Below, one piece after another: positions 62,101 to 64,000 of a DNA stretch of 64,000 nt. The position numbers and the translations under genes are program-made. The notes beneath the pieces were generated by a model. The model was not told the DNA's origin and did not search any database. It worked only from the letters and a program-made list of their open reading frames with translations. This DNA is from an uncultured cyanobacterium (lineage in GTDB: Bacteria; Cyanobacteriota; Cyanobacteriia; Cyanobacteriales; CAWCAG01), in the NCBI GenBank assembly GCA_963803805.1, contig CAWDOD010000004.1:64001-128000 (forward strand). Reading direction: 5' to 3'. Position 1 is the first letter of the stretch, and the number at the start of each line of letters is the position of its first letter.

Positions 62101-63769
62101 CTTTTCCCCCGATAGCAAAACTATTGCTACTTCTAGCGGGGATAAAACCATTCGTTTGTGGAGCCTAGAAGGAGAGCAGTTAAAAGTCTTTTGTGGTCAT
62201 GAAGATGAAGTTTATCGAGTTAGTTTTAGTCCTGATGGTACATTATTAGCTAGTGCCAGTCGGGATAAAACTATCAAGCTTTGGCCCCTTAATGGAGAGC
62301 AAGAAATTCAAACTCTTAAAGGTCATGAAGGGGCAGTTTATCGAGTTAGTTTTAGTCCTGATGGTACATTATTAGCTAGTGCTAGTGAAGATGGCACTGT
62401 GAAGCTTTGGAATTTAGCAGGGGAACTATTAAAAACTATTTTAGCCCACAATAGCCCCATCTATAAGGTGGCATTTAGCCCTTTAGGGGGCTTGCTAGCC
62501 ACTGCTAGCGATGACAAAACCGCTAAGTTATGGAGTTTGGCAGGAGAAGAAATTGCCACTCTGAGCCACCATACAGAACCAGTATACGGCATCACCTTTA
62601 GCCCTGATGGTAGTACTATCGCCACAGGAAGCGGGGATAAAACCATCAAAATTTGGAACCTGAAAGGAGAAGAACAACAAACCCTTTCTGGCCACGAAAA
62701 TGCCGTTTTTAGCCTCAGTTTTAGCTTAGATGGTAAAATCCTAGCTACAGGGAGTGGAGATAAGACAGTGAAGCTTTGGAGTTTGGAAGAAGAGGCAAAA
62801 CAAACTCTCCGGGGTCACAATAACTATGTTACCTGTGTTCGTTTTAGTCCTGATGGTGAAACTTTAGCCACAGGATGTGGCGATAAAATTGCTAAACTGT
62901 GGAATCTTGAGGGGGAAGTCTTACAAACTTTCCAAGGACATGAAGATGCCATTAATGGCTTAAGTTTTAGCCCAGATGGACAAAGAATTGTCACAGCAAG
63001 TTTTGATCGTACTGCCAAAATTTGGAACTTACAAGGACAAGAAGTTCTCACCCTACGAGGGCATCAAGACAAAGTTTACTGCGCTAACTTTAGCCCCGAT
63101 GGTAAGAAGATTGCCACAGCAAGTTTTGATCGTACCGCCAGAATTTGGAATTTAAAAGGAGAAGAAATTCTTAGCTTACAAGGACACCAGGGGGCAGTTT
63201 TTGATGTTAACTTTAGTCCTCTAAGTAATTTACTTGTTACTGCTAGTGATGACAGTACTGTCAAATTGTGGAACCTCCAAGGGGAAGAATTAAAAACCAT
63301 AATTAGACATGATCACGGCATATTAAAAGTGGTTTTTAGCCCCAATGGTAAAATCATCGCTACCGCTAGTTTAGATGGAACAGCCAAACTTTGGAACTTG
63401 CAAGGGGAAGAAATCAAAACTTTAGCTAGTCACAACAATTCTGTCCTAGCAGTCCGTTTTAGTCCTGACGGCAAAACTATTGCTACTGCTAGTGCCGACG
63501 GAACCCTAAAATTATGGAACCTAGAAGGAGAAGAATTACAAACCTTCCGAGGGCATAAGGATGCCGTAACCAGTATCAGCTTTAGCCCTGACGGTAAAAC
63601 TATTGCCACCGCTAGCGGCGATCGCACAGTGATGTTATGGAATTTTGAGTTAGATTATTTAGAAGATTTACTGATGCGTGGTGGTCATTGGTTGCGGGAT
63701 TATTTACTCAATAATCCTCATGTTGATCAAAGCGATCGCTATCTTTGCGAACGAGAAAATCATTTTTGA
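59135..63769 (+). CDS. TPR + STAND (nSTAND1-like) NTPase + about 14 WD40 repeats (ATG 59135 preferred)
   Basis: TPR-like helices; GQSGVGKSS; LILDQFEEFF; PIELQIVG; YQLVHDYL; repeated GH...FSPDG..IATAS.D.T.KLW. Confidence 0.92.
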   Translation: MKNITKEENERSLKTLARTMKLAKGRFSLHFVWCNYTHLQTHFLKRLEKDYNVNFDRLFLPQLTQTIREMVAYDYQDKEPESLMILGLEAVKDLEKLLVTVNRARDKVKANFPFPLVVWVTDKVLKKLCRLAPDLSSWGGTPIHFLLPDEELKAFVKKQVERAFSADSTFSLDDHELSAVQQDLEQRPGVLSPNEEAGWEFILASLAVNNNQIKKAIAHYKKSLTFWQQSNNLERQGTILLNMAFLFYSEGEKQKAKRRHYWQQASYYLQQCLAIFEQAQLPSLVAEHISQLGEVLRRLKAWEQLQNLAQKALTLHQDYGEPEQIAQDYGFLAEVALEQFHWEQANQLAKQALEIFDQIPQSQPQAEGLYHFLLARSLGQTVPQLQRLEKMTTAIAHLEIAGDKCSPSYDPQLYISILDELGTLYFEQGKYLRAFKIKQARREIQTQYGLRAFIGAGKLQPHRQMIPSPVTTKILTGQQDQDNTFEDIVAVSGRQQDVNRLLERITLPARKLTVIYGQSGVGKSSIVEAGLLPALKQAHPEGREVIPVLLRVYSDWLGSINNALQEHSFKQESPQYLTLGQNKPSIQKIITKLQENAQNNLLTVLILDQFEEFFFVHKERKSRHTFYDLFRQCLVVPYVKVIISIREDYLHRLLECSRTTKLDIIDNNILDKDILYYLGNFTPQDAKSVIKSLTERAQFQLEPELIEQLVRDLAGDLGEVLPIELQIVGAQLQRENITTLKEYKIRGTKEKLVEHYLATVVEDCGQENEQAAQRVLYYLTDENNTRPFQTKEELASDTELSSEQLDLVLTILVGSGLIARFPDSQLEYYQLVHDYLVSLIRQKYQPRSLELELTKQQLKQSLAQEKQQRKRAEVAEIKALNSLAKTLFLSHDQLGALVASVKAGKKLLNAQVSQSLKIETMDRLRQTIYGVKERNRLQGHDAAVFSVAISPDGEKIATGSWDKTVIIWSRQGKKLKVIKGHEAIIYRVTFSPDSKTIATSSGDKTIRLWSLEGEQLKVFCGHEDEVYRVSFSPDGTLLASASRDKTIKLWPLNGEQEIQTLKGHEGAVYRVSFSPDGTLLASASEDGTVKLWNLAGELLKTILAHNSPIYKVAFSPLGGLLATASDDKTAKLWSLAGEEIATLSHHTEPVYGITFSPDGSTIATGSGDKTIKIWNLKGEEQQTLSGHENAVFSLSFSLDGKILATGSGDKTVKLWSLEEEAKQTLRGHNNYVTCVRFSPDGETLATGCGDKIAKLWNLEGEVLQTFQGHEDAINGLSFSPDGQRIVTASFDRTAKIWNLQGQEVLTLRGHQDKVYCANFSPDGKKIATASFDRTARIWNLKGEEILSLQGHQGAVFDVNFSPLSNLLVTASDDSTVKLWNLQGEELKTIIRHDHGILKVVFSPNGKIIATASLDGTAKLWNLQGEEIKTLASHNNSVLAVRFSPDGKTIATASADGTLKLWNLEGEELQTFRGHKDAVTSISFSPDGKTIATASGDRTVMLWNFELDYLEDLLMRGGHWLRDYLLNNPHVDQSDRYLCERENHF

Positions 63770-64000
63770 GTTAATACCAATTCTCTTTGTCACAACAGAG
63801 ATATACTTTAGAGAGAGCCAAGAAAAGACTTATTCAAAAGCAATAAGCTAATGGCTAGTTGCTAAAATCTTATACTTGGTAAGGATATTTTATTTATTGG
63901 AGTTCTCTTACTGAATGGGGGTTAGAAAATACCCTGGATTGCCAGTAAAATGCTTTGGGCAACTTTCTGGTTTTTGTAGGTGTCAACTAGATCGAACATT

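Larger units (their letters stand above)
1064..63740. repeat. HIP1 octamer GCGATCGC dispersed throughout
   Basis: About 39 occurrences counted by eye, e.g. near 1064, 6403, 24995, 51673 and 63733. Confidence 0.9.

Noticed and set aside
3037-63786. Short ATACCAA(A/T)T(C/T) motifs at ~3037, ~3519, ~47264, ~57392 and ~63774 as ends of one element family
   Set aside because: They resemble cyanobacterial small dispersed repeats but are too short, and I could not pair them into elements

Overview
This is a cyanobacterial chromosomal segment, AT-rich, with about 39 HIP1 GCGATCGC octamers counted by eye and many heptamer STRR-type tracts. Core genes include typA, cysC, a 2-Cys peroxiredoxin, hemA, glpX, cruF/cruG, cp12, glmM and the hpsL-hpsN-hpsO polysaccharide genes. 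Other genes encode an RND efflux pair, tandem Ser/Thr kinases, a PEP-CTERM protein, two Uma2 nucleases, an orphan phosphorothioation-associated SF2 helicase, a Cph1-like phytochrome kinase with an altered chromophore pocket, and a right-hand cluster of NLR-like genes (NACHT-pentapeptide-TPR; ATPase plus TPR-STAND-WD40). The most unusual items are: (1) an accessory block between hpsL and hemA led by a SLOG/LOG-pentapeptide-receiver fusion; (2) a 29-bp direct repeat upstream of both hpsL and hpsN; (3) a 37-bp dispersed element with one arm resembling the XerD half of dif; (4) a MITE-like family, one copy of which supplies the phytochrome stop codon; (5) a 42-bp tandem array. Single-base frameshifts in short homopolymers (RND permease, glmM, NACHT repeats) suggest assembly indel errors. 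I found no tRNA, rRNA, CRISPR array, transposase, integrase or reverse transcriptase. All family calls come from motif recognition, not database searches.
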